From positions 1 through 64,000 of IMG/VR virus record IMGVR_UViG_3300050509_000221: a DNA stretch of 64,000 nucleotides, one strand, 5' to 3'. Source of the DNA: a virus. Taxonomy: Duplodnaviria; Caudoviricetes. This document shows, in pieces, positions 53,823 to 62,137 of the stretch. Within the stretch, counting starts at the first letter, position 1. Each line of letters begins with the position of its first letter. The notes under the pieces are model-generated. The model saw only the letters and a list, made by a program, of their open reading frames with translations, was not told the DNA's origin and searched no databases. The translations under genes and the position numbers were made by a program.

Positions 53823-54431
53823 TCAGACGAGACGCGCACCGGCCGCTGACGGGTCGAACTCCGTCGGCCAGAGCGTCAACTGCGAATAGTTGGCGCCCCC
53901 GAGGTTGGCGCCCCTGAGGTTGGCGTCCCTGAGGTCGGCGTCCCTGAGGTCGGCGTCCCCGAGGTTGGCGCCCCTGAGGTTGGCGTCCCCGAGGTCGGCG
54001 CCCCTGAGGTCGGCGTCCCCGAGGTAGGCGCCCCTGAGGTCGGCGTCCCTGAGGTAGGCGCCCACGTCGTAGCGCGTGTCCTTCCACGCGGCGATGGCAC
54101 GCACCGCGGCGAGAACCCGCGGGTACCACTCGCCAGGCTCCTGCCCGAGTGCCCACGCGACCACGACATCGGGCACCCACCAGGTGTCGAGCACGCCTGT
54201 TTCACCGGCGCGTACCAGCTCGGCGCGTTGCTTGGCGGTGACACCCGGCGCGTCGTTCGCGGTGATCGCCGCCGAGTTGATGATCCGGTTGGCGCACGCG
54301 AGGCGATCGGACCATGCGTCGCCGTTCACCCACGACAGCGCGGTCATCGTGCATGCGGTCTGTTCGCCGTCGCCTGTCCCGGCGATGAGGTCGAACTTCG
54401 CGAGTGCTTCGTCGATGGTGTGAGCGGTCAT
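53823..54431 (-). CDS. Pentapeptide-repeat protein
   Basis: About 11 A(D/N/Y)L(R/G)(D/G) repeats at the C-terminus. Confidence 0.85.
   Translation of the reverse strand: MTAHTIDEALAKFDLIAGTGDGEQTACTMTALSWVNGDAWSDRLACANRIINSAAITANDAPGVTAKQRAELVRAGETGVLDTWWVPDVVVAWALGQEPGEWYPRVLAAVRAIAAWKDTRYDVGAYLRDADLRGAYLGDADLRGADLGDANLRGANLGDADLRDADLRDANLRGANLGGANYSQLTLWPTEFDPSAAGARLV
53894..54063. repeat. 15-bp coding tandem repeat
   Basis: About 11 degenerate GAGGT(C/T/A)GGCG(C/T)CCC(C/T) units encoding the pentapeptides. Confidence 0.9.
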
Positions 54432-54637
54432 CAGTTCGTCTCCTGGTGGTTCGGGGAGGTGAAGGACACACACATCGACGCGGTCACGGGCGCGTACCAA
54501 TAGGGGCGCCCGCGGCAGTCGAAGCGAAGTCGGTAAGCAAACGCGACCGTCTGACCTTCTGCACCGGACGTCTGCCCCAACCAGCGCCGCGACGCGGTCA
54601 CATGAGCGGTCTTCGCCTCGTCGAAGCGCGCGCTCAC
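54431..54637 (-). CDS. Hypothetical protein (variable cassette gene)
   Basis: Same overlaps as 184-465 but unrelated internal sequence. Confidence 0.5.
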   Translation of the reverse strand: MSARFDEAKTAHVTASRRWLGQTSGAEGQTVAFAYRLRFDCRGRPYWYAPVTASMCVSFTSPNHQETN

Positions 54638-55146
54638 GATTCCCCTCCCATCGAATTCCCTGTGTTTGTGTCCGCACTTCCCCGAACAGCCACAAACACA
54701 GGGAGACCCCATTCCTCCTGCAACGAACCACCGACCGACGCGCGCTTCTTGCCGGTGCGCGCGAGGTGACGCTTCGCTCGCGTCCACGCGCTCGAGACGG
54801 TGTCGGAGCGGTAGCCGCGGGGCGCGAGCACCGCGACGACTTCGGCGAGGATGCGCGCCCGACCGTCGGCCATCAGCTCCCGGATCGCTGCTTCCGCACC
54901 GCCACGCAGGGCACGTTCACCCGCGGCGCGTGACGTCTCCGGGTCGTGGAGGTGGTAGGGCGCGTCGGGAAGTCCGGAGAGGGGCGCAGGAACTTCGTGC
55001 GCGGGCATCGGGACCCGAGCCGGGTATCGGGGAGTCTCCGGGTAGCACGACTCACAGAGAGACCGTGGGCGTCCGTGACCGCGGTACTCGACCGGGTTGC
55101 CGCACTCCCGGCAGGTCGTCGTCAACGCGAGCTCGGCCTGGCTCAT
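54634..55146 (-). CDS. Zinc finger + putative wHTH protein
   Basis: CRECG...CESC; DPETSRAA motif. Confidence 0.65.
   Translation of the reverse strand: MSQAELALTTTCRECGNPVEYRGHGRPRSLCESCYPETPRYPARVPMPAHEVPAPLSGLPDAPYHLHDPETSRAAGERALRGGAEAAIRELMADGRARILAEVVAVLAPRGYRSDTVSSAWTRAKRHLARTGKKRASVGGSLQEEWGLPVFVAVRGSADTNTGNSMGGES
54658..54703. repeat. 46-bp hairpin element, copy 2
   Basis: Perfect 13-bp stem CCCTGTGTTTGTG/CACAAACACAGGG. Confidence 0.8.
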
Positions 55147-55508
55147 GCCGCGTCGTCCGTCTCGGGAAGCGACGATCGCAACAGGCCGCGCTCACGGGCA
55201 GCGGCGGGGGCGACGTGGTGAATCCAGTCGTGACACGCACCACAGACCGCGATCAGGTTCTCGAGTACGTCGGGTCCACCGCGCCCTGACGGCCAGACGT
55301 GGTGAGCGTGGTGGGCAGTGCCGACACACACGCCTTCCACGCGGGCTTCGCACCGCCACGTTGCGCGAGCCATGACTACCGGACGCAGTTCGTCCATCCG
55401 GTCGCGGTGGGTACGGCCCTTCGATCCGACGACGCGGAGACGCTTGCGACGCTTCGGCTTCCAGTTGCCGACATCCTTGAACCGGGTGACGACCTCGCGC
55501 GACGTCAT
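55143..55508 (-). CDS. HNH endonuclease
   Basis: CE...C...HAHHV..SGRGG.D..ENLIAVCGACHDWIH. Confidence 0.9.
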   Translation of the reverse strand: MTSREVVTRFKDVGNWKPKRRKRLRVVGSKGRTHRDRMDELRPVVMARATWRCEARVEGVCVGTAHHAHHVWPSGRGGPDVLENLIAVCGACHDWIHHVAPAAARERGLLRSSLPETDDAA

Positions 55509-55999
55509 GCCGCACCTCGCGCCTTGGCCTTGAGGCGTTCACGCTTGCGGTGCGCTGATTCTTTGCGGCGCTTCGCGGTGCCGCCGAGCCGCGCGGTGCG
55601 GCGGTACTGGCGCGGGCGCCGTTCGTTGTGCTCGCGCTGCTGCTGTAGGCGGCGGTCGTAGGCGCACAGATCGGAGCACGTCACCGGCACGGCGCCAGCG
55701 CGGCGAGGGGCCACGAACGTCGCAGCGCACACGACGCACGTCAGCTCTCGCCATCCGACGTCGAACTGCGCCCGTTCCGTCGGAGTCATCCCGCCGCGGA
55801 ACCCGTGCCTGTAGGAGAACCCGCGAGCGAACATCTCGCGTTCCTCGTCAAGCGCAGCGGCAAGACACGCCGCAACGACTGGACACCCGGCGCACGCTGC
55901 ACGCGCGGCCGTGTACGGGCGACACCCGGAGCGCGATCCCTCCGGGTAGAAGTCGGTCACGGGCATGGACCGACACGCGGCCAGCTCACGCCAGCTCAC
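55505..55999 (-). CDS. whiB: WhiB-family factor with C-terminal zinc finger
   Basis: W...AAC...CAGCPVVAAC...GFRGG; CVVC...CSDLC. Confidence 0.8.
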   Translation of the reverse strand: MSWRELAACRSMPVTDFYPEGSRSGCRPYTAARAACAGCPVVAACLAAALDEEREMFARGFSYRHGFRGGMTPTERAQFDVGWRELTCVVCAATFVAPRRAGAVPVTCSDLCAYDRRLQQQREHNERRPRQYRRTARLGGTAKRRKESAHRKRERLKAKARGAA

Positions 56000-56310
56000 G
56001 CCGGCACCCCGCGTGCTGCTGCGGCGAGAGCGGACAGCGCGGGATGCGTAGCGTCCTTGCGGTTCGCCACGAGCGCGCCGAGCACCACGTCGTCGATCAC
56101 GGCCTCGTCGTCTCGGTCCGCGAGGCGCACGGAGACCACCGCTCCGCCTGGGTGGAAGCGGACCGAACGCGTCAGGTCGCGCCTCCGCGGTGGGACGCGG
56201 AACGCCGGAACGTGCAGGCCGTTCGCGAGGCAGGCCGCGCCAACTCGGCGCGCTACGGCAGAGAACTCGAGCGGCGTCACGTCGAGCCGATCGGGTGAGC
56301 GTCCAACCAC
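55996..56310 (-). CDS. Conserved hypothetical protein (paralog of 46084-46386)
   Basis: EFSAVARR...GLHVPAFRVPP; probable start GTG near 56280. Confidence 0.65.
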   Translation of the reverse strand: MVGRSPDRLDVTPLEFSAVARRVGAACLANGLHVPAFRVPPRRRDLTRSVRFHPGGAVVSVRLADRDDEAVIDDVVLGALVANRKDATHPALSALAAAARGVPA

Positions 56311-57227
56311 ACGGCGAGGCCGGCCGTCTGCTCGTCGGTGATGCCGACGAGGTCCATCGCGATGCCCGAGTCATTCAGGAACTCGTCGAGCTCGCGGTGC
56401 GCCTTCGTCGCCCCGGAGACCTTCGTGGCGCGGTACTCGGCGATGCGCTCCGGGACGGACAACTCGTCGGGCTCCGGCTCGACGTCGATGACGTTGGGGT
56501 CGTCGGTACGGGCGATCGGATCGTCGGTGTCATCGGGCCGGAAGTCGAAGACCCCTTCGTCGGCGGCGAGGGCCGCGGCGAACTCGGGCGACATGGGCAG
56601 GTAGGGGGACATGGCGCGGATCACCGTCTTGCGCGACATCGGTCCGGGGTCCGTCACCCACGGCCCGGACGACTTCGCCTTGGATCGGTTCCGCCGCTCT
56701 GCGATCTCGGCCAAGTCCATGACGTGCAGCAGTTGGCCCCCACCGGGGAACTTGGCGATGCCGTAGTACGCAATCGTCTCGCCGCGGTCGTTGAGCTTGG
56801 GGACGTGGCGCAGGAACTCGGCCGACCCGTACTCGAACGCGAAGTCGTCCTTGGTCCTGACTTCGCGCGCCACGATGTCGAGCAGTTGGCCCGACCGGCG
56901 AGCGAGGTCGATGTAGCCGCGATAGCCGATGATGAGCGAGACTTCGCCGTTGTAGGGAACGAGATACGCCTGGCCGAGCGGTCCCGGTTCGAGGCCGAGC
57001 TGTGCGGCCTGCATCATCGAGCCGAGCAGCGACGACGGCGTGCAGGTGAGCAGCTTCTTGGTGCGCTTGCACTCGGTGAGGACGATCCGGGCGAACCGCT
57101 CGGTCGTGAGGTGGCGCGGGAGGGCGCGAGCGATCTCGTGCTTCTGCACGTCGATCAGTTGAGCGACGGTGGGCTTGGGCTTCTCGACCTCGGTCGAGCT
57201 GGCGGCGACAGACTCCGCGAGGGTCAT
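56277..57227 (-). CDS. recT: RecT single-strand annealing protein
   Basis: AAQLGLEPG.LGQAYLVPY...LIIGYRGYIDLARRSG; M.RKTVIR. Confidence 0.93.
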   Translation of the reverse strand: MTLAESVAASSTEVEKPKPTVAQLIDVQKHEIARALPRHLTTERFARIVLTECKRTKKLLTCTPSSLLGSMMQAAQLGLEPGPLGQAYLVPYNGEVSLIIGYRGYIDLARRSGQLLDIVAREVRTKDDFAFEYGSAEFLRHVPKLNDRGETIAYYGIAKFPGGGQLLHVMDLAEIAERRNRSKAKSSGPWVTDPGPMSRKTVIRAMSPYLPMSPEFAAALAADEGVFDFRPDDTDDPIARTDDPNVIDVEPEPDELSVPERIAEYRATKVSGATKAHRELDEFLNDSGIAMDLVGITDEQTAGLAVWLDAHPIGST

Positions 57228-58126
57228 CGCGCCCCCTTCAAGAGGAAGGCGCGAGACGGCGGGCCGGCGGGGTGCTCGCAGTCCGGGCAGTTGTGGAGGT
57301 GGTCTCGCTGCTTCCCCGCCTTCCAGGTGACGACCTGCTCGCCGTCGAGCAGACCGATCTCGGCGTTGCCAAGCAGCGCCTTCAACTCGTTCTGCACGAG
57401 ATCCACGTCCGCCTTCGCGTCCGTCGCCATCTGCTTGGCGAGACGCAGTTCCTCCACGAGTCGACGCGCGTCGTCGGGCAGGTCGACTTCCAGGTCGCGT
57501 TCGGAGAACGCGTAGAGCTGCGCGAGTGCCGTGGTGGTCGACTGGTGTCCGTCTACGGGGGGCGGGTCGCCGTCGAGCACGCGCTGCCAGAACCGTGTCT
57601 CGATCTCGACGAGGAGCGCGATGGTGTCCTCGTCGCGCTCGAACGTCCAGGTGTCGTAGTAGCGCCCGTCGAGCAGGCAGGCGAAGTGGACGCGCTCGCG
57701 GCCGGTGACGAGGAGTTGATGCTGACCCTGCACGAGCACGCGTTCGGGCGGGCCGTCGCGCCAGTCGTGACGCAAAGCGGAGGTCTTGATCTCCAGCAAA
57801 GCGACATCGCCGACGAGCCGGTCCGGCGAGCACAGCATGAACGGGTGCTCCGGGTGGCGGTACATGACGGTCGGCTTGGCTACCTCGAGGCCGGTGTCGT
57901 CGGCGAACTTCGCGGCGATCGGGTCCTCCAGGCGACGGCCCCACTCCATCGCCGGGTTCTCGGGCTCCTCGTCGAGCTCGCCGCGCTTGTCGAGGTAGAC
58001 GACGAACGGGGAACGGAAGCGGTCCAGGCCGCAGATGGCAGGCGCGTCCGAGGAGCCGATGCCTTGGCGGCGCACATCGAGCCACTCGTCGCGGCTCATG
58101 CCGTCGATGTCGATGGTGGCGGTCAC
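57224..58126 (-). CDS. YqaJ-family viral recombinase exonuclease
   Basis: EWL..RRQGIGSSD...WGRRLE...SPD...LEIKT...Q.QHQL. Confidence 0.92.
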   Translation of the reverse strand: MTATIDIDGMSRDEWLDVRRQGIGSSDAPAICGLDRFRSPFVVYLDKRGELDEEPENPAMEWGRRLEDPIAAKFADDTGLEVAKPTVMYRHPEHPFMLCSPDRLVGDVALLEIKTSALRHDWRDGPPERVLVQGQHQLLVTGRERVHFACLLDGRYYDTWTFERDEDTIALLVEIETRFWQRVLDGDPPPVDGHQSTTTALAQLYAFSERDLEVDLPDDARRLVEELRLAKQMATDAKADVDLVQNELKALLGNAEIGLLDGEQVVTWKAGKQRDHLHNCPDCEHPAGPPSRAFLLKGAR

Positions 58127-58287
58127 AGCATCTCTCCTTGGCCCGTGCACGCGGCGACCTCTGAGGCGAGGTACGAGTAGGCGTCGTGGACCTCCGGGGG
58201 GTCCGCATCGTCGAGCGTCGACGCGATGTAGTTCGCGAGCGCGTCGGCCAGCGCGAGCGGGAGGTCGACCGAGGTCGGATAGGCCAT
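58123..58287 (-). CDS. Small hypothetical protein (54 aa)
   Basis: RBS AGGAG; GTGA coupling to yqaJ. Confidence 0.55.
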   Translation of the reverse strand: MAYPTSVDLPLALADALANYIASTLDDADPPEVHDAYSYLASEVAACTGQGEML

Positions 58288-58525
58288 GCGTTACGCTCCT
58301 TGGTGTCGGGCGCTCCGACCGCTCTGCTTCCAAGGGCAGCGGTCGGAGCGTTCTCGCGTCAGGACTGGTCGTTCCGGAATCGGTGCGGGTACTTCTCGAG
58401 GTTCAACACCTGACCGGAGTCCGCGAGGAACCCGGCTCCGATCGCGACGCCGAACAGGAACCGGCCGCGGTACTCGACCCGCACGCGCGGCAGAGGCTCC
58501 GGGGTGACGGGCCGACCGAGGGCGT

Positions 58526-58669
58526 TCACGCGTCACCTTCGATGCGGACGTAGGCCGGTGCGGGCTTGCCGTGTTGACGGTTCGGACAGGACCCGTGGAT
58601 CGCGGATGATCCGGGAAGAAGGCCGATGCGGTGACCGCACGCGGAGCAGGCGAACTCTTGGAGGCTCAC
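58526..58669 (-). CDS. Small zinc-ribbon protein
   Basis: FACSACGH...HGSC. Confidence 0.45.
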   Translation of the reverse strand: MSLQEFACSACGHRIGLLPGSSAIHGSCPNRQHGKPAPAYVRIEGDA

Positions 58670-58848
58670 GCGAGCGGCGCGATCGTCTGTCCGGATGGGA
58701 GGCCCGAGAGACGCCACATGAAGTGCGCGTCGTCTGCGTGGGCGCGGAGGGCGGCGAGCTTGCGTTCGTCGAGCTGGCTGAACTTCGCCTCCAACGCGAC
58801 TCTCAGGTTCGCGACTCCACGCAGGAACGCGTCGCGGTCGCCTCTCAC
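58666..58848 (-). CDS. Small hypothetical protein
   Basis: Coupled ORF. Confidence 0.5.
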   Translation of the reverse strand: MRGDRDAFLRGVANLRVALEAKFSQLDERKLAALRAHADDAHFMWRLSGLPSGQTIAPLA

Positions 58849-59171
58849 GACTGGTCCCTCGCGGCTTCTTCACGCGCGGCTTGGAGAGACCAGCGAGCGA
58901 GACGTGACCCCGGACGCATCGAGCGGAGCGGAACAGGAACGCTTCCGGTCGTACCGTCCGGGGCCACATCGAGACCAGCCGTCCCCGACACGGCGGAAGG
59001 AGCCGTCGGGGGTTCGCTGGTCTCCACGGGGGCCAGCGGCGACGCACTCGCCTGCACCCCCGCGTTCTTGTCGCGGTGCAGCCACAGGAACCCGGCCGCG
59101 ATGGCGAGCAGCGCGAGAACACCGAGTGCCGCGACGAGGAAGTCGCCCGACGTGTACTGCTCGGCGGTCAC
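58845..59171 (-). CDS. Single-TM membrane protein
   Basis: FLVAALGVLALLAIAAGFLWL; GTGA coupling. Confidence 0.55.
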   Translation of the reverse strand: MTAEQYTSGDFLVAALGVLALLAIAAGFLWLHRDKNAGVQASASPLAPVETSEPPTAPSAVSGTAGLDVAPDGTTGSVPVPLRSMRPGSRLARWSLQAAREEAARDQS

Positions 59172-59353
59172 CGGCCACGCCATTCGCGTCGAAGCTGCGC
59201 GCCCCGCTGCTCGCGTTCCACATCACGCCACCGACGCGAACGCCGGACCATCAACGCGAAGTCGATCGCCGCGACAAGCACGATCCCCGCGAAGATCACC
59301 CACGCGAGCGCGCGTCCGAAGCCGGTACCGGGAGCAGTCGCCAGGAAGATCAC
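59168..59353 (-). CDS. Small membrane protein
   Basis: Hydrophobic helix with basic tail. Confidence 0.55.
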   Translation of the reverse strand: MIFLATAPGTGFGRALAWVIFAGIVLVAAIDFALMVRRSRRWRDVEREQRGAQLRREWRGR

Positions 59354-59532
59354 GACTGCCTCGACCGCAACTCGGAGAGCACGTCGTGGGCGCCGTCACG
59401 AACACCACGGTCGTAGAAGGTCATCGCGCCGGCAGCGAACCCGAGGCCGATGAGGAGGAGCAGGAAGGCGTACCCGTACAGGAACGAGAACGCGCAGACG
59501 AGGGTCAGGGCGAGGAACCCGAGCACCTTCAC
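59350..59532 (-). CDS. Small two-TM protein
   Basis: Hydrophobic; coupled ORF. Confidence 0.55.
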   Translation of the reverse strand: MKVLGFLALTLVCAFSFLYGYAFLLLLIGLGFAAGAMTFYDRGVRDGAHDVLSELRSRQS

Positions 59533-59723
59533 GACGCGGCCTCGGTGGGCTCAGGAGCCAGCAGCCGCTCGACCTCGACGCGGCGAACACGGATACCGCG
59601 ACCCGGCGTCCGGACTGCGGTGACCATCTCGTCGCGCACCCAGCGGCGCACCGTTCCGGGATGGACCCGGTAGAGATCGGCGACTTCCTGCACCGTCAGG
59701 AGCTCGGGAGAGGCGTTGGTCAC
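59529..59723 (-). CDS. xis: Excisionase/Cro-like HTH_17 protein
   Basis: LLTVQEVADLYRVHPGTVRRW...RTPGRGIRV. Confidence 0.85.
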   Translation of the reverse strand: MTNASPELLTVQEVADLYRVHPGTVRRWVRDEMVTAVRTPGRGIRVRRVEVERLLAPEPTEAAS

Positions 59724-59730
59724 GAGCGAG

Positions 59731-59759
59731 AGCGTAGAACATTCAACGCTCGGTTGCAA
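59731..59759 (-). promoter_or_regulatory. Leaderless promoter of xis/Cro (phage B)
   Basis: TTGCAA-17-TACGCT, 7 nt before GTG 59723. Confidence 0.7.
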
Positions 59760-59800
59760 GACCCTTCATCACCGACTTTCAGTGTTCATCCGGCCACGCC

Positions 59801-59829
59801 TTGCAACAGGAGCGCACAATCTGTACGCT
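59801..59829 (+). promoter_or_regulatory. Promoter of repressor (phage B)
   Basis: TTGCAA-17-TACGCT. Confidence 0.7.
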
Positions 59830-59868
59830 CTCCGGAACAGAACCCCCCGCACGGTGGAGAGAGGAACG

Positions 59869-60276
59869 ATGACGACAGCACAGGTCCTCCGAGTTGAGTG
59901 GACGATGGCCGACCGAATCAGCAAGGTTCGGCGCACCCTGGATCTCGAGCAGGAGGAGTTCGGCCAGAAGGTCGCAGGCGTGGGCTCGGCAGCGGTCTCG
60001 AAGTGGGAGCGCGACCGCGGCAAGCCGTCAGACCCGATCGGCACAGCGCGTCGCATCGAAGACCTCGCCATCGCCAGCGGGCACCCGGAGTTCACCGCAG
60101 CATGGGTGCTCGGACTCGACTCGTACGACGAACCACGAACCGGAGGCACAATGGGCATGTTCGACAAGATCAACGTCGAACGCCCGCAACGCTCGCGAGG
60201 CCAGAACCGCACCGGCGCAGGGCGCAACCGCGCTGGCGGAACCCGGCCCGCAGAACGCGGCCAACGCGCTGCCTGA
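59869..60276 (+). CDS. XRE immunity repressor with Arg/Gly-rich tail ending in -AA
   Basis: ADRISKVRRTLDLEQEEFG...VSKWE; RBS GAGG. Confidence 0.8.
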   Translation: MTTAQVLRVEWTMADRISKVRRTLDLEQEEFGQKVAGVGSAAVSKWERDRGKPSDPIGTARRIEDLAIASGHPEFTAAWVLGLDSYDEPRTGGTMGMFDKINVERPQRSRGQNRTGAGRNRAGGTRPAERGQRAA

Positions 60277-60327
60277 CCCGTCAGATCCAATCGACCCCTT
60301 GCACCCATCCCCACGGTGAGTGAACAT

Positions 60328-60369
60328 TCGCCCACTCGGCACCGCACGCGAACAGGGCCGGGTGGGCGA
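60328..60369 (+). promoter_or_regulatory. Stem-loop just upstream of integrase start
   Basis: TCGCCCACTCGGC / GCCGGGTGGGCGA 13-bp stem (one G:U), ends 6 nt before ATG 60376. Confidence 0.5.
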
Positions 60370-60375
60370 GGCCCG

Positions 60376-61215
60376 ATGGACGGAGCCGAGATCATTCGGC
60401 GGCACGTCGCGCACATGACAAGACGCGGCTTACGACCGACCACCGTCACCTACCGCATCCGCGCGCTACGACGGCTCGAGATCCACGCAAGTCGCTCCCT
60501 GCTCCACATCCACCTCGACGACCTCCGCGCCTACCTCGACGCGCTCCCCGACGCGGGCTACCGCTCCGCAGAGACCAGCCACTTCCGCGGGTTCTTCAAG
60601 TGGGCAACGATCGAGGGCTACGTCCACGAGGACCCGACATACCGGCTGGAACGCACCCGGCGGCGGAAGTACCTGCCGAACCCGATGCCCGTCGATGACG
60701 TCGCTCGCGCGCTCCAGAACCCGCCCGCTCGGATCGCGAATGCGATGTGGCTCGCAGCGTACGCGGGTCTACGCGCCTGCGACCTCGCGCCGCTCCGGCG
60801 TGAACACCTGATGATCGACGCTCGGGTCCCGACCGTGTTCGTCGAGGAATCCAAGGGCGGGAAACCTCGCACCGTGCCGCTCGCGCCGCTGCTCGTCGAG
60901 GCCCTGCGACTCCCCCGCTCCGGGTGGCTGTTCCCCTACCACGACGGGCGCAGCGGACACATCACCGCCCACTACATGTCGATGCTCTGCAACGCCTACC
61001 TTCACGATCTCGGCATCGACCACACGCTCCACACGCTGCGACACCGGTTCATCACGGACTGCTACGCCGTCGACAGGGATCTCGTCGTCACCCAGGAACT
61101 CGCCGGGCATGAGTCGATCGAGATGACCCGCCGCTACACCTGGACCGACCCTGGCGCCGCGGCGAACACTGTCGCTCAGCTCCCCGACCCACGGCGCGTG
61201 CTCACGTTCGCCTGA
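60376..61215 (+). CDS. int: Short tyrosine integrase without arm-binding domain
   Basis: AGLRACD, KGGK, HTLRH, AGH, RRY; 279 aa. Confidence 0.9.
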   Translation: MDGAEIIRRHVAHMTRRGLRPTTVTYRIRALRRLEIHASRSLLHIHLDDLRAYLDALPDAGYRSAETSHFRGFFKWATIEGYVHEDPTYRLERTRRRKYLPNPMPVDDVARALQNPPARIANAMWLAAYAGLRACDLAPLRREHLMIDARVPTVFVEESKGGKPRTVPLAPLLVEALRLPRSGWLFPYHDGRSGHITAHYMSMLCNAYLHDLGIDHTLHTLRHRFITDCYAVDRDLVVTQELAGHESIEMTRRYTWTDPGAAANTVAQLPDPRRVLTFA

Positions 61216-61236
61216 TTCGGTGTACCCTCCGCGTCC

Positions 61237-61494
61237 ATGCAGAAGGGAGCGCTCACCGAGACCGGCGCCCGGTTCTCGGACCGGAATCTCATCGCAGCCA
61301 ACCTGTTCTCCGTCGCCCGCGTCACATGCAACATGCACGACGCACTTCTGATCGAACAGCGACGGACGAACCAGCTTCTCGAAACCCTGATCGAGCTCGG
61401 CGGGGGCGACGTGCCCGATGTTGAGCCAGCAGTTCTGGTGGAGCACCACTCGTTAGACCCGATGACCGGCGAACCCGTCCGGGATCGGGCCTGA
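61237..61494 (+). CDS. Hypothetical protein
   Basis: TACCCT -10-like hexamer 8 nt upstream (leaderless). Confidence 0.55.
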   Translation: MQKGALTETGARFSDRNLIAANLFSVARVTCNMHDALLIEQRRTNQLLETLIELGGGDVPDVEPAVLVEHHSLDPMTGEPVRDRA

Positions 61495-61621
61495 GCAATC
61501 TCATCCGGTGAACGTTACGGTCCGTGATGCACTGCGCGACTCACACGGGAAGACAACCCGGCTCCAGTACGCAGCCGCAGCGAAGAAGTGCCGAGCCACC
61601 TAAGACAATTCGAGGCTCGAA

Positions 61622-61762
61622 GTGCAAGCACTCTGGAACGGTTTCTGGTACTACGGGATGTGGTTATTCCTGATCCCGTTCGGGGCAGGCGCAGGAGTGT
61701 GGATCGTTCGTCGAACGCGAAGAAGCCCCCGACCGAAGTCGGGGGCGCAACGCGTGAAGTGA
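61622..61762 (+). CDS. 46-aa aromatic single-TM peptide
   Basis: VQALWNGFWYYGMWLFLIPFGAGAGVWIVRRTRRSPRPK; below the ORF-track cutoff. Confidence 0.45.
   Translation: MQALWNGFWYYGMWLFLIPFGAGAGVWIVRRTRRSPRPKSGAQRVK
61720..61746 (-). terminator. Intrinsic terminator of phage B structural operon
   Basis: GCCCCCGAC-loop-GTCGGGGGC followed by TTCTT on the minus strand. Confidence 0.7.
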
Positions 61763-61771
61763 CGGGCTAGG

Positions 61772-62137
61772 TCAGGACGCGGCGAGCACGACCCTGCGTA
61801 CCTCGAACATACCCTCGAACACGCGGTCCAGAGACCCGGTCGCGCGGGCGGTGAGCTCGAACACGTAGCTCTGCCCGGCGACCACGCTGGACGCGGCAAT
61901 CTCACCCGCGCTCCACGTCACCGTGACGTTCGGGACGCCGGTCGGTTCCTTCCCGGAACCTGCCGCGCCCGTGATGCCCGAGGCCTTCGTGAGCTTCGCG
62001 GCGGAACCCTTGTCGCCGATCAGGAGCGTGAACGTGTAGCCCGTCGAGAAGTCGATGAGGGTGCCGTCGTCGTCTTCGAGCCAGAGCTTCGCGGCAGGAC
62101 GATCCGCCGTGATGTGGTAGGCGAGCTTCTGGCTCAT
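61772..62137 (-). CDS. BppU-like / adaptor structural protein
   Basis: L.DDDGT.IDFS.G.TF...VTVTW...Y.FEL pattern. Confidence 0.6.
   Translation of the reverse strand: MSQKLAYHITADRPAAKLWLEDDDGTLIDFSTGYTFTLLIGDKGSAAKLTKASGITGAAGSGKEPTGVPNVTVTWSAGEIAASSVVAGQSYVFELTARATGSLDRVFEGMFEVRRVVLAAS

Noticed and set aside
53894-54063. Regular short repeats as a CRISPR array
   Set aside because: Units are contiguous 15-mers without spacers, they encode pentapeptide repeats, and there are no cas genes.
58291-58536. ORF-track protein MTRERPRS...
   Set aside because: Low-complexity Arg/Pro-rich shadow; an alternative frame (58359-58529) looks more plausible but is also weakly supported.
60159-60181. Actinobacterial SOS (LexA) box
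   Set aside because: The consensus is TCGAAC-N4-GTTCGA; here the half-sites are in the reverse order with a 9-nt spacer.
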